From the NCBI GenBank assembly GCA_947591785.1, contig CANQDK010000004.1:12137-76136 (forward strand): a stretch of 64,000 nt of DNA, written 5' to 3'. The notes under the pieces were generated by a model, which was not told the origin of the DNA, searched no databases, and saw nothing but the letters and a program-made list of their open reading frames with translations. Shown piece after piece: positions 48,257-58,576 of the stretch (its first letter is position 1; every line of letters starts with the position of its first letter). This DNA comes from an uncultured Clostridia bacterium (GTDB lineage Bacteria > Bacillota > Clostridia > Christensenellales > UBA1242). The position numbers and the translations under genes were made by a program.

Positions 48257-48287
48257 AATTTTAGTAAAAATTAGAATTATAATAAAA

Positions 48288-48313
48288 ACACGAAAAATAA
48301 TTCGTGTTTTTTT
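48288..48313 (+). terminator. Rho-independent terminator
   Basis: ACACGAA-aaataa-TTCGTGT followed by T7. Confidence 0.75.
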
Positions 48314-48361
48314 AATTTTATGTTATAATAATTTCAAATAAATCTATATATGGAGGAAAAT

Positions 48362-49246
48362 ATGAAAAAATCTGTTGTGTATTTTACAAAAGATATTTCA
48401 CCAAAAGGCTTGATTAAAATTTATGAAGCCCTGGGAAGAGAACTTAAGGGTAAGGTTGCTGTTAAAATTTCAACAGGTGAGCCTGGTGGACATAATTTTT
48501 TAAATCCAAAACTTATTAAAGATTTGGTAAATAAAATTGACGGAACTATTGTGGAATGTTGCACCGCTTATCGTGGAAACCGTTTTGATGTAAAAAATCA
48601 TTGGAAGGCAATAAAAGAACATGGCTTTTTGGATATTGCTCCTTGTGACATTATGGATGAGGACGGAGAAATCAAAATTCCTATTGCCAAAGGAAAGCAT
48701 CTTGGTGGTTTTGATATTGTTGGTTCTCATATCAAAAATTATAACTCTATGCTTGTTCTGTCGCATTTTAAGGGACATGCTATGGGTGGATTTGGTGGAG
48801 CACTCAAAAATTTGAGTATTGGAGTTGCTTCAAGAAACGGTAAAGCGTGGATTCACTCTGTTGGAAGAACTGAAAACCCTGACGCAATGTGGGGGCTTAT
48901 TGATGATCAAGATGGCTTTCTGGAAAGTATGGCTGAGGCTTGTGAGGGGGTTATCTCTTATTTCAAACCAGAGAACATGGCATACATTAATATTGCAAAC
49001 AGATTGTCTATTGATTGTGATTGCGACTCCAATCCACATGAACCAGAAATGGCAGATATTGGAATTTTTGCTTCTCTTGACCCTGTTGCTCTTGACCAGT
49101 GCTGTTATGATGCAATAATAAACTCAAAAGATGCAGGCAAGAAATCCCTTGTGGACAGAATGTATCAAAAACATGCCATTCACACTGTTGAAACTGCTTT
49201 TGAACTTGGAATTGGAAATCGAGAATATGAGATTGTTGAAATTTAA
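48362..49246 (+). CDS. DUF362 domain protein (COG2768-like)
   Basis: VAVKISTGEPGG, LSHFKGHAMGGFGGALKNLSIGVASRNGK. GGAGG lies 5 nt before ATG 48362. Confidence 0.75.
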   Translation: MKKSVVYFTKDISPKGLIKIYEALGRELKGKVAVKISTGEPGGHNFLNPKLIKDLVNKIDGTIVECCTAYRGNRFDVKNHWKAIKEHGFLDIAPCDIMDEDGEIKIPIAKGKHLGGFDIVGSHIKNYNSMLVLSHFKGHAMGGFGGALKNLSIGVASRNGKAWIHSVGRTENPDAMWGLIDDQDGFLESMAEACEGVISYFKPENMAYINIANRLSIDCDCDSNPHEPEMADIGIFASLDPVALDQCCYDAIINSKDAGKKSLVDRMYQKHAIHTVETAFELGIGNREYEIVEI

Positions 49247-49510
49247 TTAACATCAAAAAAGATGAATATTATGATGAATAATAAATAACGATAAGTCAAG
49301 ATTGTCAAAAAATTTCAAAAAATAATTTGTCTATCCACCTACAGAACAGGTTAAATTTTTAAAAATTAAGAAAATTGACTTCAAATTAAAGATGTGTTTT
49401 TCACATCTTTTTCTTTTTTGTTTTGATTAACTTTTTGGACATGTCATTTTGAAGAAAATGTGTGCATAAATTAAAGTGTTGAAGTTTATTTATTTGGAGG
49501 TTTGGCAATA

Positions 49511-49915
49511 ATGAAAGTGAAAACTTTAAAAAGCGAAAATTCGGGAAAAAGTCTTTTGCTTGCAATTTTAAAAGGTGTTGTTGTTGGGCTTTGTGTTGCA
49601 CTCATTGGCATTCTTGTTTTTGCATTTATCTTGCGTTTTACTTCCATTCCTGACAGTGTGATTTCTCCTGTCAATCAAGTTATTAAAGGAGTTTCGATAT
49701 TTTTAGGCGTTTTTTTCGGCATGAAAAAACACAAAAATATGGGACTTATATCTGGACTGCTGATTGGAGTTTTGTTTACAATTTTCGCTTTTTTGGTGTT
49801 TTCTATCCTTGATGGGGCATTTGTTTTTGACAAAACTTTTCTTAGTGACATCTTGTTTGGCGGAGTGTTGGGTGCGATTTGTGGCATTATTTGTGTTAAT
49901 TTGAAAAAAATTTAG
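49511..49915 (+). CDS. Small multi-pass membrane protein (TIGR04086/YrzE-like)
   Basis: It has three or four TM helices and GGAGG 10 nt upstream. The family call rests on memory of general sequence character only. Confidence 0.5.
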   Translation: MKVKTLKSENSGKSLLLAILKGVVVGLCVALIGILVFAFILRFTSIPDSVISPVNQVIKGVSIFLGVFFGMKKHKNMGLISGLLIGVLFTIFAFLVFSILDGAFVFDKTFLSDILFGGVLGAICGIICVNLKKI

Positions 49916-49923
49916 AGTTTTTA

Positions 49924-49952
49924 TTTGACAAATTCCCCTTTATGGTTTATAA
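49924..49952 (+). promoter_or_regulatory. Consensus promoter of secDF
   Basis: TTGACA at 49924-49929, a 17-nt spacer, TATAAT at 49947-49952. Confidence 0.7.
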
Positions 49953-49995
49953 TGAACAAGTATATTTATAGTTTGACTATTTTAAGGGGACTTTG

Positions 49996-51387
49996 ATGGC
50001 TAGAAGTTTAAATAAAAGCAAACGCAATTCAATACTTAATTTTGTTGCTGTTGTTGTTTTAACAATATTTGGAATTGTTTTGTCTATTGGGAATTTTAAA
50101 ATTCCTTTCACAAATTATATCTATAAAGGGTTTGCAAACTCTATCTCGCTTGGACTTGACCTTGCGGGTGGAGTTTCTGTTATCTATAATTGTGATGTTG
50201 ATGAAGGACAAGACCTTGATAAAGCAATTGATGCAACAGTAACTCGTTTAAGTGATGTTATTGGAAGCAAATATTCCGAAGTAAACATTCAAAGACAGGG
50301 GACAAATCAAATTCGTATTGAAGTTCCTTCTGTGACAGACAGTGAAGCAATCTTTGAACTTATTGGTGACCCAACACCTCTTTATATGCTCACACAAGAC
50401 TCTGCAGAAACAATGGATGAGGCAGAAGAAAAAGGCTTTGTTCGTGTTGTTGGAACAGATATTAAAGATGTTTTTGTTTCCTACCAAAACGATTCTTACG
50501 GGGTGACGATTGTCTTTACAGACGAAGGAAAACAAAAATTTGCAGAACTTACTGAATTTGAAGCTGCAAATACAAATGAAGATGGGAGTGACCAGAAAAT
50601 TCATGTTTATATCGGTGAAGTTGGTGGAAAAAACACAAAACAACTGACTTTAACTTGTGAAGAAGCAATAACTTCTGGAAGCACTTTCATTTCAAGTGAT
50701 GATTTTAAAGATGATTATGAAGCTGCACAAGACTATGCTCTCACAATTATGAGTGGAACTTTCAATGCAAAACTTGATCTCTTCCAAAGCACAATCGTTT
50801 CAGCAACTTTGGGTGCTGATGCGTTGAGATATTGCATCATTGGTGGTTTTATTGGACTTCTGTGTATCATGGCAATTCTTTGGTGGAGATATGGTGATTT
50901 CGGTTTGCTTGCAGGTTTTGCTCTTGTGATTTATCTTGTTCTCATGCTGTTCTTCTTGCAAGCAATCTCATTTGTTCAACTGACTCTTCCAGGACTTGCT
51001 GGTATCATACTTTCAATTGGTATGGCGGTTGATGGCACTGTTATTATCTTTGAAAGATTTCGTGAAGAATATAAGTCTGGCAAGAAAATTCCTCTTTCTG
51101 TAAAGGGTGGATTCAAACGTGCCTTCTGGCCAATTTTTGATAGTAATATCACAACAATTATCACTGCTGTTGTTCTTTATATCTTGGGAACAGCATCGAT
51201 TCAAGGCTTTGCAATCACACTTTTGATTGGAATTTTGCTTTCTATGTTTATGAATCTTGTCATTTTACGATTCTTTGTGAAATGGTATCTTCCTTTCAAC
51301 AGTGTGAAAGGGAAAAAATTGCACCTTCCAAAACAAGAAAGATTGACAAAAGAAGTTGTGGTTGAAGGAGGGGCAGCAAATGACTAA
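49996..51387 (+). CDS. secD: Protein translocase subunit SecD
   Basis: LGLDLAGG, a large periplasmic loop and six TM segments with LPGLAGIILSIGMAVD. Confidence 0.92.
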   Translation: MARSLNKSKRNSILNFVAVVVLTIFGIVLSIGNFKIPFTNYIYKGFANSISLGLDLAGGVSVIYNCDVDEGQDLDKAIDATVTRLSDVIGSKYSEVNIQRQGTNQIRIEVPSVTDSEAIFELIGDPTPLYMLTQDSAETMDEAEEKGFVRVVGTDIKDVFVSYQNDSYGVTIVFTDEGKQKFAELTEFEAANTNEDGSDQKIHVYIGEVGGKNTKQLTLTCEEAITSGSTFISSDDFKDDYEAAQDYALTIMSGTFNAKLDLFQSTIVSATLGADALRYCIIGGFIGLLCIMAILWWRYGDFGLLAGFALVIYLVLMLFFLQAISFVQLTLPGLAGIILSIGMAVDGTVIIFERFREEYKSGKKIPLSVKGGFKRAFWPIFDSNITTIITAVVLYILGTASIQGFAITLLIGILLSMFMNLVILRFFVKWYLPFNSVKGKKLHLPKQERLTKEVVVEGGAAND

Positions 51388-52525
51388 GAAGTTCAAAAAG
51401 ACAAACAAGTTCTCTCTCGACAATTGTATTGAAAAAAGCAAATTTGATTATTGTAAAAATTTAAAGTGGTTTTTAATTGTTCCAGTTGCAATTATTCTTG
51501 TTGGTGTAATCATGTTAAGCACACTTGGTTTTAATCTTGGCATTGATTTTACAGGTGGCTCAACAATGACAATTTTCATTGATGAAGATGGACTTTTCAC
51601 TGAACAAAAACTTGATATTAATGCTGATTATGGAAAAATCGAACAAAAAGTAAATAAGGTTTTGAAAAAATATGAACTTGCGTTGTCAACTTTACAAAAA
51701 ACTGAAGTTGGGGACACTGAAGATGCAAATCGCCTTGGTATTCAGGGGAAAAGTGCAGTTATTATTAAATATCAAAACGATAACTCAAAAAAATCTGAAG
51801 AAATTGAACAAACAAATAATGAAATCAAACTTTCTCTTTTGAAAGAATTTGGATTTGTTGCAGAAAACGTTGAATATAAAGATTTGAAAGACCTTGATGA
51901 AAATTTGCTTGTTGAAAATGGTGGGATTATTTCTGCGAGTGCAAGTGCAGAGCTTATGATGAAATCTTTCATAGCTCTTCTTGTTGCAATGGTTTTAATC
52001 TTAATTTATGTTGGATTTAGATTTGAATTGACAAGTGGGCTTGCTGCTATTTTAGCATTGTTCCACGATGTCCTTGTCACTGCATCAATTATGCTTATTT
52101 GCAGAATTCAAATTAATGTTGCTTTCATTGCAGCGTTAATCACAATTCTTGGATATTCAATCAACAACACTATCATTATTTTTGACCGTATGCGTGATGA
52201 TATTAAAGTTGCGAGAAACGGAAACTTAAAAATAGACAACAAGTCTGTTGCAAATAAAGCAGTGAAGGACACAATGATGCGTTCAATTTTGACAATGGTT
52301 ACAACTTTCGTTATGATTTTCTTTATCACAGTTATAGGTGTTGCTGACATAAGAGAATTCGCATTCCCAATTATGATTGGAATTTTGGCTGGATTCTATT
52401 CTTCAGTTTTCATAACACCAGGGCTTTGGGCTGTGGCATACAGGCCAAGAAAACGCAAAAATTTGCAAAAGACAACACCATCTGAAACTAAGAATGAAGA
52501 TGTCGTTGAAATCGAAAATGCATAA
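51380..52525 (+). CDS. secF: Protein translocase subunit SecF
   Basis: GIDFTGG, ALFHDVLVT, GYSINNTIIIFDRMRD. It overlaps the secD stop by 8 nt. Confidence 0.92.
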   Translation: MTKKFKKTNKFSLDNCIEKSKFDYCKNLKWFLIVPVAIILVGVIMLSTLGFNLGIDFTGGSTMTIFIDEDGLFTEQKLDINADYGKIEQKVNKVLKKYELALSTLQKTEVGDTEDANRLGIQGKSAVIIKYQNDNSKKSEEIEQTNNEIKLSLLKEFGFVAENVEYKDLKDLDENLLVENGGIISASASAELMMKSFIALLVAMVLILIYVGFRFELTSGLAAILALFHDVLVTASIMLICRIQINVAFIAALITILGYSINNTIIIFDRMRDDIKVARNGNLKIDNKSVANKAVKDTMMRSILTMVTTFVMIFFITVIGVADIREFAFPIMIGILAGFYSSVFITPGLWAVAYRPRKRKNLQKTTPSETKNEDVVEIENA

Positions 52526-52529
52526 AAAA

Positions 52530-52553
52530 ACTTGGAGTTTTCCAAGTTTTTTT
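52530..52553. terminator. Bidirectional rho-independent terminator
   Basis: ACTTGGA-gttt-TCCAAGT followed by T7, with A7 upstream. Confidence 0.8.
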
Positions 52554-52710
52554 GTTTTACTTATTTAAAATATTTCTTTCTTATGAATTTTTACATATTG
52601 TTGTACTGTTAAGTGCATAAATTAATTTTTTTTCATAGAATTTATTGTTACTAAACATTTTTTTATGCTGTTATTAAAACAATCTTTTAATGTTGCTACT
52701 AATAATTTTT

Positions 52711-53385
52711 TTATTTAATAAATTCTCTGTAAACTCTTGAATTTTCTGGATGACGCATTTTAACCAATGCTTTTGCTTCAATTTGTCTTATTCTCTCCAG
52801 AGTAAGGTTATTCTCTCTGCCAATTGATGCAAGAGTTTTTGCACCTTTGCCGTCAAGTCCATATCGTAATTTGAGGACATATTGTTCTGTGCCTGTGAGA
52901 GTTTTTATACCTTTCAAAAGTCCAGCACGCAAAGATTTATTATTGATTTCTCTGTCGGCAAGTTCGTCAATTTCTGGGTTGTTTGCTTTGTCGGGAGTAA
53001 CTATATGTGAAAAGTTTAGATCTTGATTGTGCTTTTTGTTATTTTCATGTAACATATTAAAACTTTCTTCAAGATATTTAGCAAGATATCTTTTGTATGT
53101 CAAATATCTCTTTGGAGTTGCATGAGGGGTTTTTAAAAAATCATTCATCAAAAGATAGGTTGTTTGCAAAGCATCTTCAAATGTTTGACTGCTGAGTGAT
53201 TTTTCAATATAAAAATGAGTAACATATTTGAATGCGAGCATAAGGCTTTTTTGCTTAAAAGTTTTATTTTCAGTCCCAAATTGAGTTAAATTTTTGTATT
53301 CATCTTCGCTCATAACTTCTTCATTGTCCAGTTTAAAACCGTAGTTCTTTTTGATTATTTCAAAATATTCCTCTCTTGTTGACAT
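52711..53385 (-). CDS. Divergent short sigma-70 family protein (RpoD-type region 4, barely recognisable region 2)
   Basis: [45 protein letters not shown] is a near-textbook region 4. The N-terminal 150 aa lack the DLxQEGxxGL and aromatic region 2.3 signatures. Confidence 0.65.
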   Translation of the reverse strand: MSTREEYFEIIKKNYGFKLDNEEVMSEDEYKNLTQFGTENKTFKQKSLMLAFKYVTHFYIEKSLSSQTFEDALQTTYLLMNDFLKTPHATPKRYLTYKRYLAKYLEESFNMLHENNKKHNQDLNFSHIVTPDKANNPEIDELADREINNKSLRAGLLKGIKTLTGTEQYVLKLRYGLDGKGAKTLASIGRENNLTLERIRQIEAKALVKMRHPENSRVYREFIK

Positions 53386-53415
53386 TTTTTTCTCCTTTCT
53401 CCTTTATTTTTAATA

Positions 53416-53444
53416 AGTATATCATAGAATGTTGATGTTGTCAA
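53416..53444 (-). promoter_or_regulatory. Promoter of the divergent sigma gene
   Basis: On the minus strand, TTGACA (53444-53439), a 17-nt spacer, TATACT (53421-53416). Confidence 0.55.
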
Positions 53445-53448
53445 TATC

Positions 53449-53620
53449 GAAAAATTAAGTAATGTTTTATTTATCAAAAAAATAAATAATATTATTTCTA
53501 TTAAAAATTAAGTAATGGTTTTCCGTTAAAATATTGAGTAGTGGTTTTTATTAAGAATTAAACTAACACTTTTTAATTAAGAATTAAACAAATATTTTTT
53601 AATTAAGAAAATAAATTTTT
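53449..53620. repeat. Two families of degenerate ~25-27-bp tandem repeats in the divergent promoter region
   Basis: AAAAATTAAGTAATGKTTT occurs 3 times (53449, 53501, 53526). TTAAGAATTAAACWAAYAYTTTTTAA occurs 2-3 times (53551, 53577, 53603). Confidence 0.5.
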
Positions 53621-53821
53621 ATTGTTTATAAAAAAGTTATTGCTGATTTAAAATTTTTTTCAAAAGATATGTCCTGACTGGTTATACAAAATGAAGTGTG
53701 ATATGATGAATACTACACCATATATTGAGATTTTATAGTCCTATTTTTTTCTTATAAATAAAATTGTTGGTTTTCCTTTGATTTGAGTATGATTTTGGTG
53801 TATAATGATTTTGTCGAAAAA

Positions 53822-55006
53822 ATGGCTGTGGAGTGTTACGTGAAAAGCAAAATTATTCAATTTAGAAAAAAGAAATTGTTTAAAAATGGGCTTATGCTTA
53901 ATCTTGAAACAGGAGAAAGTCCACTTGTTGACATTTTGCTTGATGGACAAAATATTGTTGACATTAAACCAAGTGGAACATTTGATGAATTTGACACAGA
54001 AGTTGTTGATTTGAAAAGGAATTTTGTTTTACCACATTTTGTTAATGCGTTTTGTGATAGTTCTAAAGCTTTTGAAAATTCTTATAAAAGAGAATTTGTT
54101 GAAGTTGAAAACAGGTTGCTTGGGACAGGACTTTTTAAAGCTAAAACCTATGATTTTCAATCACTTATTGTGCTAAATTTGTTCGCAAAAAATGTGCTTG
54201 CTGGTTCTGGAATCGTTAATGATGTTGCTGGATATGAATTTTATAAAGAAAATTTCATTAAAGCAAGATGTTTGGAAAATATTGATGAGAAAAACGACAA
54301 AGAACTGGATTCTTTTTTAGAGGGAATTCATAAGGATAAACTCAGACCTTTTCTTAATGTTGGGCGAACTCTTGACGAACTTGGCAGTGTCGATAAAATT
54401 TACAACAAACCGCTTTCACAAGTGTTAGAGGACTTTGGCTTTCTGGATTTAAAACCAATTATCGTTGGTGGAAATTGTTTTGAAAAAGACGAACTTGAAC
54501 TTTTGAAACAGTATGACTGCAATTTTGTTTTAACTCCTTTTGAAGATGGAAAGGTTGGAAGAAGAGCAAACAATCTTGTTTCTTTGAGAGGAAAAGAATT
54601 TTTAATTGGTATTGGGAGTGGCTATGCAACAGAAATCGACTTCTTTGCTTATATGCGACAAATATTGATGAACAATCGTTCAATGTTTGAAAATCCAAAT
54701 GTTGTCACAGAAAAAGAAGTTTTGGATATGGCTTTTAATCAAAGTTCACTTGTTTTGAATGTTGACAATCGTATTAAAATTGGGAATCCTGCTTCGTTTA
54801 TCGTTGTTAGAAACTGTTCCTCGCTTTATGACGACATTTTTAAGACTCTTGTCTGGGAAAAAAGTAAGCATGATGTTGTTATGACAGTTTTTTGTGGAGA
54901 AATTATGCAAAAAAATGGTGAAATCCTTATACAAAATTTCCCAGATTGTGATACAATTAAAGAAACAATAAAATTATTTTCAAGGAGAAAAAAAGATGAC
55001 AATTGA
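53822..55006 (+). CDS. Amidohydrolase-fold protein lacking the canonical metal ligands (putative pseudoenzyme)
   Basis: Its layout resembles MtaD/guanine-deaminase enzymes. The HxH position reads NAFCD (54044-54058) and the GTD Asp position reads IGIGSG (54605-54622). A TTGATT-17-TATAAT promoter (53778-53806) lies just upstream of ATG 53822. Confidence 0.6.
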   Translation: MAVECYVKSKIIQFRKKKLFKNGLMLNLETGESPLVDILLDGQNIVDIKPSGTFDEFDTEVVDLKRNFVLPHFVNAFCDSSKAFENSYKREFVEVENRLLGTGLFKAKTYDFQSLIVLNLFAKNVLAGSGIVNDVAGYEFYKENFIKARCLENIDEKNDKELDSFLEGIHKDKLRPFLNVGRTLDELGSVDKIYNKPLSQVLEDFGFLDLKPIIVGGNCFEKDELELLKQYDCNFVLTPFEDGKVGRRANNLVSLRGKEFLIGIGSGYATEIDFFAYMRQILMNNRSMFENPNVVTEKEVLDMAFNQSSLVLNVDNRIKIGNPASFIVVRNCSSLYDDIFKTLVWEKSKHDVVMTVFCGEIMQKNGEILIQNFPDCDTIKETIKLFSRRKKDDN

Positions 55007-57152
55007 AGAAAGACTTTCAAGTGAATTTGGACTGCGTGCCGATTATACGCAAAATATTATTAATTTGATTGATGAGGGGAATACAATTCCTTTTATTGCT
55101 CGATACAGAAAGGAAATGCATGGTTCATGTGATGATCAAGTGCTTCGTAATTTTGCTGACAGATTGAAATATTTAAGAAATCTTGATGAAGAAAAGGCAA
55201 AAGTGCAGAAAGTGATAACCGAACAAGGTAAGTGGACTGACGAACTTGCTGTTGCTCTTGAATCAGCAATGACTTTGACTGAAGTTGAGGATATTTATCG
55301 TCCTTATAAACCAAAACGCAAGACAAGAGCATCTGTTGCCATTGCAAAAGGGCTTGAACCTCTTGCAGATATTCTACAAGCACAAAGAAAGGATATTGAT
55401 GTATGGGAAGAGGCAAAGAAATTTATCACAGAAGAAGTTGCAACTGTAGAAGATGCAATTGCAGGAGCAAAGGATATTATTGCAGAAAGAATTTCAGATA
55501 GTGCGGATTTAAGAAAGGAACTGCGTGAAATTATTGCAAACAAAGCATTTATTGTTTGCACTTTGCTTGAAAATGAAAATAATTTGACTTATGAAACATA
55601 TTCTGGCTTTAAGCAAGAAGTTAAAAATTTGCCAAGCCATAGAATTTTGGCTATTAATCGTGGCGAAAAAGAAAAATGTTTGAAAGTTGAAATTCAAATT
55701 GACGAAAAATTGACAATACCTGTGATTGAAAAAGAATTCAAGAAAGACAATGAAAACACAAATCAGCTTATGGATGAAGTGATTGCTGATGCTTATGACA
55801 GACTTTTGTTCCCTGCACTTGAAAGAGAATGCCGAAACAATTTAACAGATGTTGCTGATGAGCAAGCAATAAAAATGTTTGAGGTTAATTTAAGGCCTCT
55901 TCTTCTCGAAGCACCCCTTAAAAACAACATAATTTTGGGATTCGATCCAGGCTATCATAATGGATGTAAGATTGCTGTTATTGATAAAAATGGTTCTGTG
56001 CTTGACACAACAGTTGTTTATCCAACTCCACCTCGTTCAAAAACAGAAGAAGCGTTGGAGAAACTTAAAACTATGATTGAAAAGAACAAGGTTGATATTA
56101 TTGCCATTGGAAATGGAACTGCATCAAAAGAAAGTGAAATTTTTGTTGCAGAACTGATAAAACATGTTGATAGACCAGTGAGTTATGCTGTTGTCAGTGA
56201 AGCAGGAGCATCTGTCTATTCTGCGTCAAAATTGGCTGCAGAAGAATTCCCTGAATATGATGTCAATCTTAGAAGTGCAGTGTCTATTGCTCGTAGATTG
56301 CAAGATCCTCTTGCTGAACTTATTAAAATTGATGTTAAATCAATTGGAGTTGGACAATATCAACATGATATGCCACAAAACCGCTTGACAGAAGTTTTGA
56401 CTGGTGTTGTTGAAGATTGTGTTAATAGTGTTGGTGTTGACCTTAATACAGCAAGTCCAAGTTTGCTTTCATATGTTTCGGGACTTAATATGAGCATTGC
56501 AAAAAATATTGTTGAATTTAGGACAAAGAAAAAAGGCTTCAAATCTCGTGAAGAACTTCTTTCAGTTCCAAAACTTGGGCCAAAAGCGTATGAGCAATGT
56601 GCAGGATTCTTGCGTGTTGTTGGCGGTGAAAACGTGCTTGACAACACTGCTGTGCATCCAGAAAGTTACGAAGGAGCACGTAAACTTTTAAGATTGTTCA
56701 ATTTGTCCGAAGAAGATGTTAAAAACAACAACCTTATTCTCTTGCCAAAAATGGTTGAACAAAAAGGTGAGAAAAAAGTTGCGGAAGAATGTGGAATCGG
56801 TGTTCCAACGCTTGTTGATATTACAAATGAGCTTTTAAAACCAGGGCGTGATATTCGTGAAACAATGCCAAAACCTGTTCTTAGAAGTGATGTTATTCAC
56901 ATTGAAGATTTGAAAGAAGGAATGGTTTTCTCTGGTGTTGTCAGAAATGTTGTCGATTTTGGTGCTTTTGTTGATATTGGTGTGCATCAAGATGGATTGG
57001 TTCATATTTCACAACTCTCTGACAGTTTTGTTAAACATCCAAGCGATGTTGTGAAAGTTGGCGATGTTGTTGATGTGAAAGTGACAGGGGTTGACCTTGC
57101 AAAGAAGAGGATTTCTCTCACAATGAAAGGTATTGATAAGGAGCAAAATTAA
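54996..57152 (+). CDS. tex: Tex-like transcription accessory protein (S1 domain)
   Basis: IPFIARYRKE, a YqgF-like domain, HhH, and a C-terminal S1 domain (GVVRNVVDFGAFVDIGVHQDGLVHIS). Confidence 0.92.
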   Translation: MTIEERLSSEFGLRADYTQNIINLIDEGNTIPFIARYRKEMHGSCDDQVLRNFADRLKYLRNLDEEKAKVQKVITEQGKWTDELAVALESAMTLTEVEDIYRPYKPKRKTRASVAIAKGLEPLADILQAQRKDIDVWEEAKKFITEEVATVEDAIAGAKDIIAERISDSADLRKELREIIANKAFIVCTLLENENNLTYETYSGFKQEVKNLPSHRILAINRGEKEKCLKVEIQIDEKLTIPVIEKEFKKDNENTNQLMDEVIADAYDRLLFPALERECRNNLTDVADEQAIKMFEVNLRPLLLEAPLKNNIILGFDPGYHNGCKIAVIDKNGSVLDTTVVYPTPPRSKTEEALEKLKTMIEKNKVDIIAIGNGTASKESEIFVAELIKHVDRPVSYAVVSEAGASVYSASKLAAEEFPEYDVNLRSAVSIARRLQDPLAELIKIDVKSIGVGQYQHDMPQNRLTEVLTGVVEDCVNSVGVDLNTASPSLLSYVSGLNMSIAKNIVEFRTKKKGFKSREELLSVPKLGPKAYEQCAGFLRVVGGENVLDNTAVHPESYEGARKLLRLFNLSEEDVKNNNLILLPKMVEQKGEKKVAEECGIGVPTLVDITNELLKPGRDIRETMPKPVLRSDVIHIEDLKEGMVFSGVVRNVVDFGAFVDIGVHQDGLVHISQLSDSFVKHPSDVVKVGDVVDVKVTGVDLAKKRISLTMKGIDKEQN

Positions 57153-57316
57153 ATAAAAGCTCGAAAATCTTGAAGTTTGATAAAATCTAATTTTTAGAAA
57201 TTTAAAAATAAAAACATAACAAAAATTTGTTGAAACATTTTTAAAAATTTGAGATTTTTAGAGAAAGTTTAATGCCTATTTGCAAAACAATATATTGGTT
57301 TTATTTGAGGTTTAAA

Positions 57317-57484
57317 ATGAGTCAAAATGATGAAATCATTGTTTGTCAAAAGTGTGGCACTTCTGTGAAAGAAATTATGGAAACAGGCTTTGTTGGCTGT
57401 GAAAAATGTTATGATATCCCTGCTGTCAAGGAAGCTGTTAACAAGATGTTTGGAGGAAAAAGAAATCCACAAAAGAATGATTAG
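57317..57484 (+). CDS. mcsA: Minimal McsA-like zinc-finger protein (55 aa)
   Basis: CQKCG...GFVGCEKCY matches the second CxxC pair of B. subtilis McsA as I recall it. GAGG lies 6 nt before the ATG. It sits immediately upstream of mcsB. Confidence 0.6.
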   Translation: MSQNDEIIVCQKCGTSVKEIMETGFVGCEKCYDIPAVKEAVNKMFGGKRNPQKND

Positions 57485-57516
57485 CCTTTTTGATGATAGG
57501 CTTTTGTTAGGAGTGT

Positions 57517-58530
57517 TTGTTGGGCGAAAATTTTGAAAATATTGCTATATCTTCAAGAATAAGACTCGCACGTAATATGTCTGGGTTTAATTTTTTCACG
57601 AAACTAACAAATGACGAAGATGCAAAATTTATTGTTAAATCTGTGTCATCAGCAATTCTAAAATTTGGTGATTTTGATATTATCTCTTTGAAAAACCTAT
57701 CTTTGAATGAATGTAATTCTTTGTTGGAAAGACATATCATCAGCAAGGAACTCATTGAAAATAAGGATATTTCTGCGGTTGCTCTTTCAGAAGACGAACA
57801 TCTTATTGTTATGATGAATGAAGAGGATCATATTAGGGAACAATGCATTGAAAGTGGATTTAATCTCTATCGTGCTTTCCGTCGAATTAAACAACTTGAT
57901 GATGTTCTTTTGAGTGAACTTGATGTTGCTTATCGTGATGATTTTGGTTTTGTTACTTCAAGTCCTGCAAATTTGGGAACTGGAATGAGAGCAAGTGTTA
58001 TGCTTTTTCTTCCTGCCCTTGAAAGATTTAAAGATGTTCAACTTATCATTAAAGAAGCACGAGAAAAGGGGTTTACCGTGCGTGGGCTTTATGGCGAAGG
58101 AACTGACACCTATGGGAGTTTTTATCAAATATCCAATCAAAATTCACTTGGAATGACAGAAGAAGAAATTGTTGACAGTGTTTCAGAATTTGTCTATCAA
58201 ATTTGCGAAATGGAACTCTCTGCTCGCGAAGATTTGCTTGCAACAAATCATGAGCAACTTAAAGATGAAATATTTCGTGCATTTGGCATTTTGAAAGAGT
58301 GTCAACTTTTAAGTGAAAAAGAAATGATTGAAAAACTTGCACTTATTAGATTTGGACAAGCCCTTGGCTTTTTGGTAATCAATGATGAACGCTCTTTTGA
58401 ACGGCTTTTTATTGAAGGTTGTGGGGCAAATTTGGAAGAACTTGAAAATTTTTCAGCACTAAACAAGGAAGAACGGGTTCGAAGTGAGTATATAAATAAG
58501 AAGATAAAAGAACTTGTGCGTAAATTATAA
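57517..58530 (+). CDS. mcsB: Protein arginine kinase McsB
   Basis: Guanido kinase core: SSRIRLARN, NEEDHIR, SPANLGTGMRASV. Confidence 0.92.
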   Translation: MLGENFENIAISSRIRLARNMSGFNFFTKLTNDEDAKFIVKSVSSAILKFGDFDIISLKNLSLNECNSLLERHIISKELIENKDISAVALSEDEHLIVMMNEEDHIREQCIESGFNLYRAFRRIKQLDDVLLSELDVAYRDDFGFVTSSPANLGTGMRASVMLFLPALERFKDVQLIIKEAREKGFTVRGLYGEGTDTYGSFYQISNQNSLGMTEEEIVDSVSEFVYQICEMELSAREDLLATNHEQLKDEIFRAFGILKECQLLSEKEMIEKLALIRFGQALGFLVINDERSFERLFIEGCGANLEELENFSALNKEERVRSEYINKKIKELVRKL

Positions 58531-58576
58531 AAATTTTGACTGACAAATCTTGTTTTTGGCATAAAAGGAGGAAATT

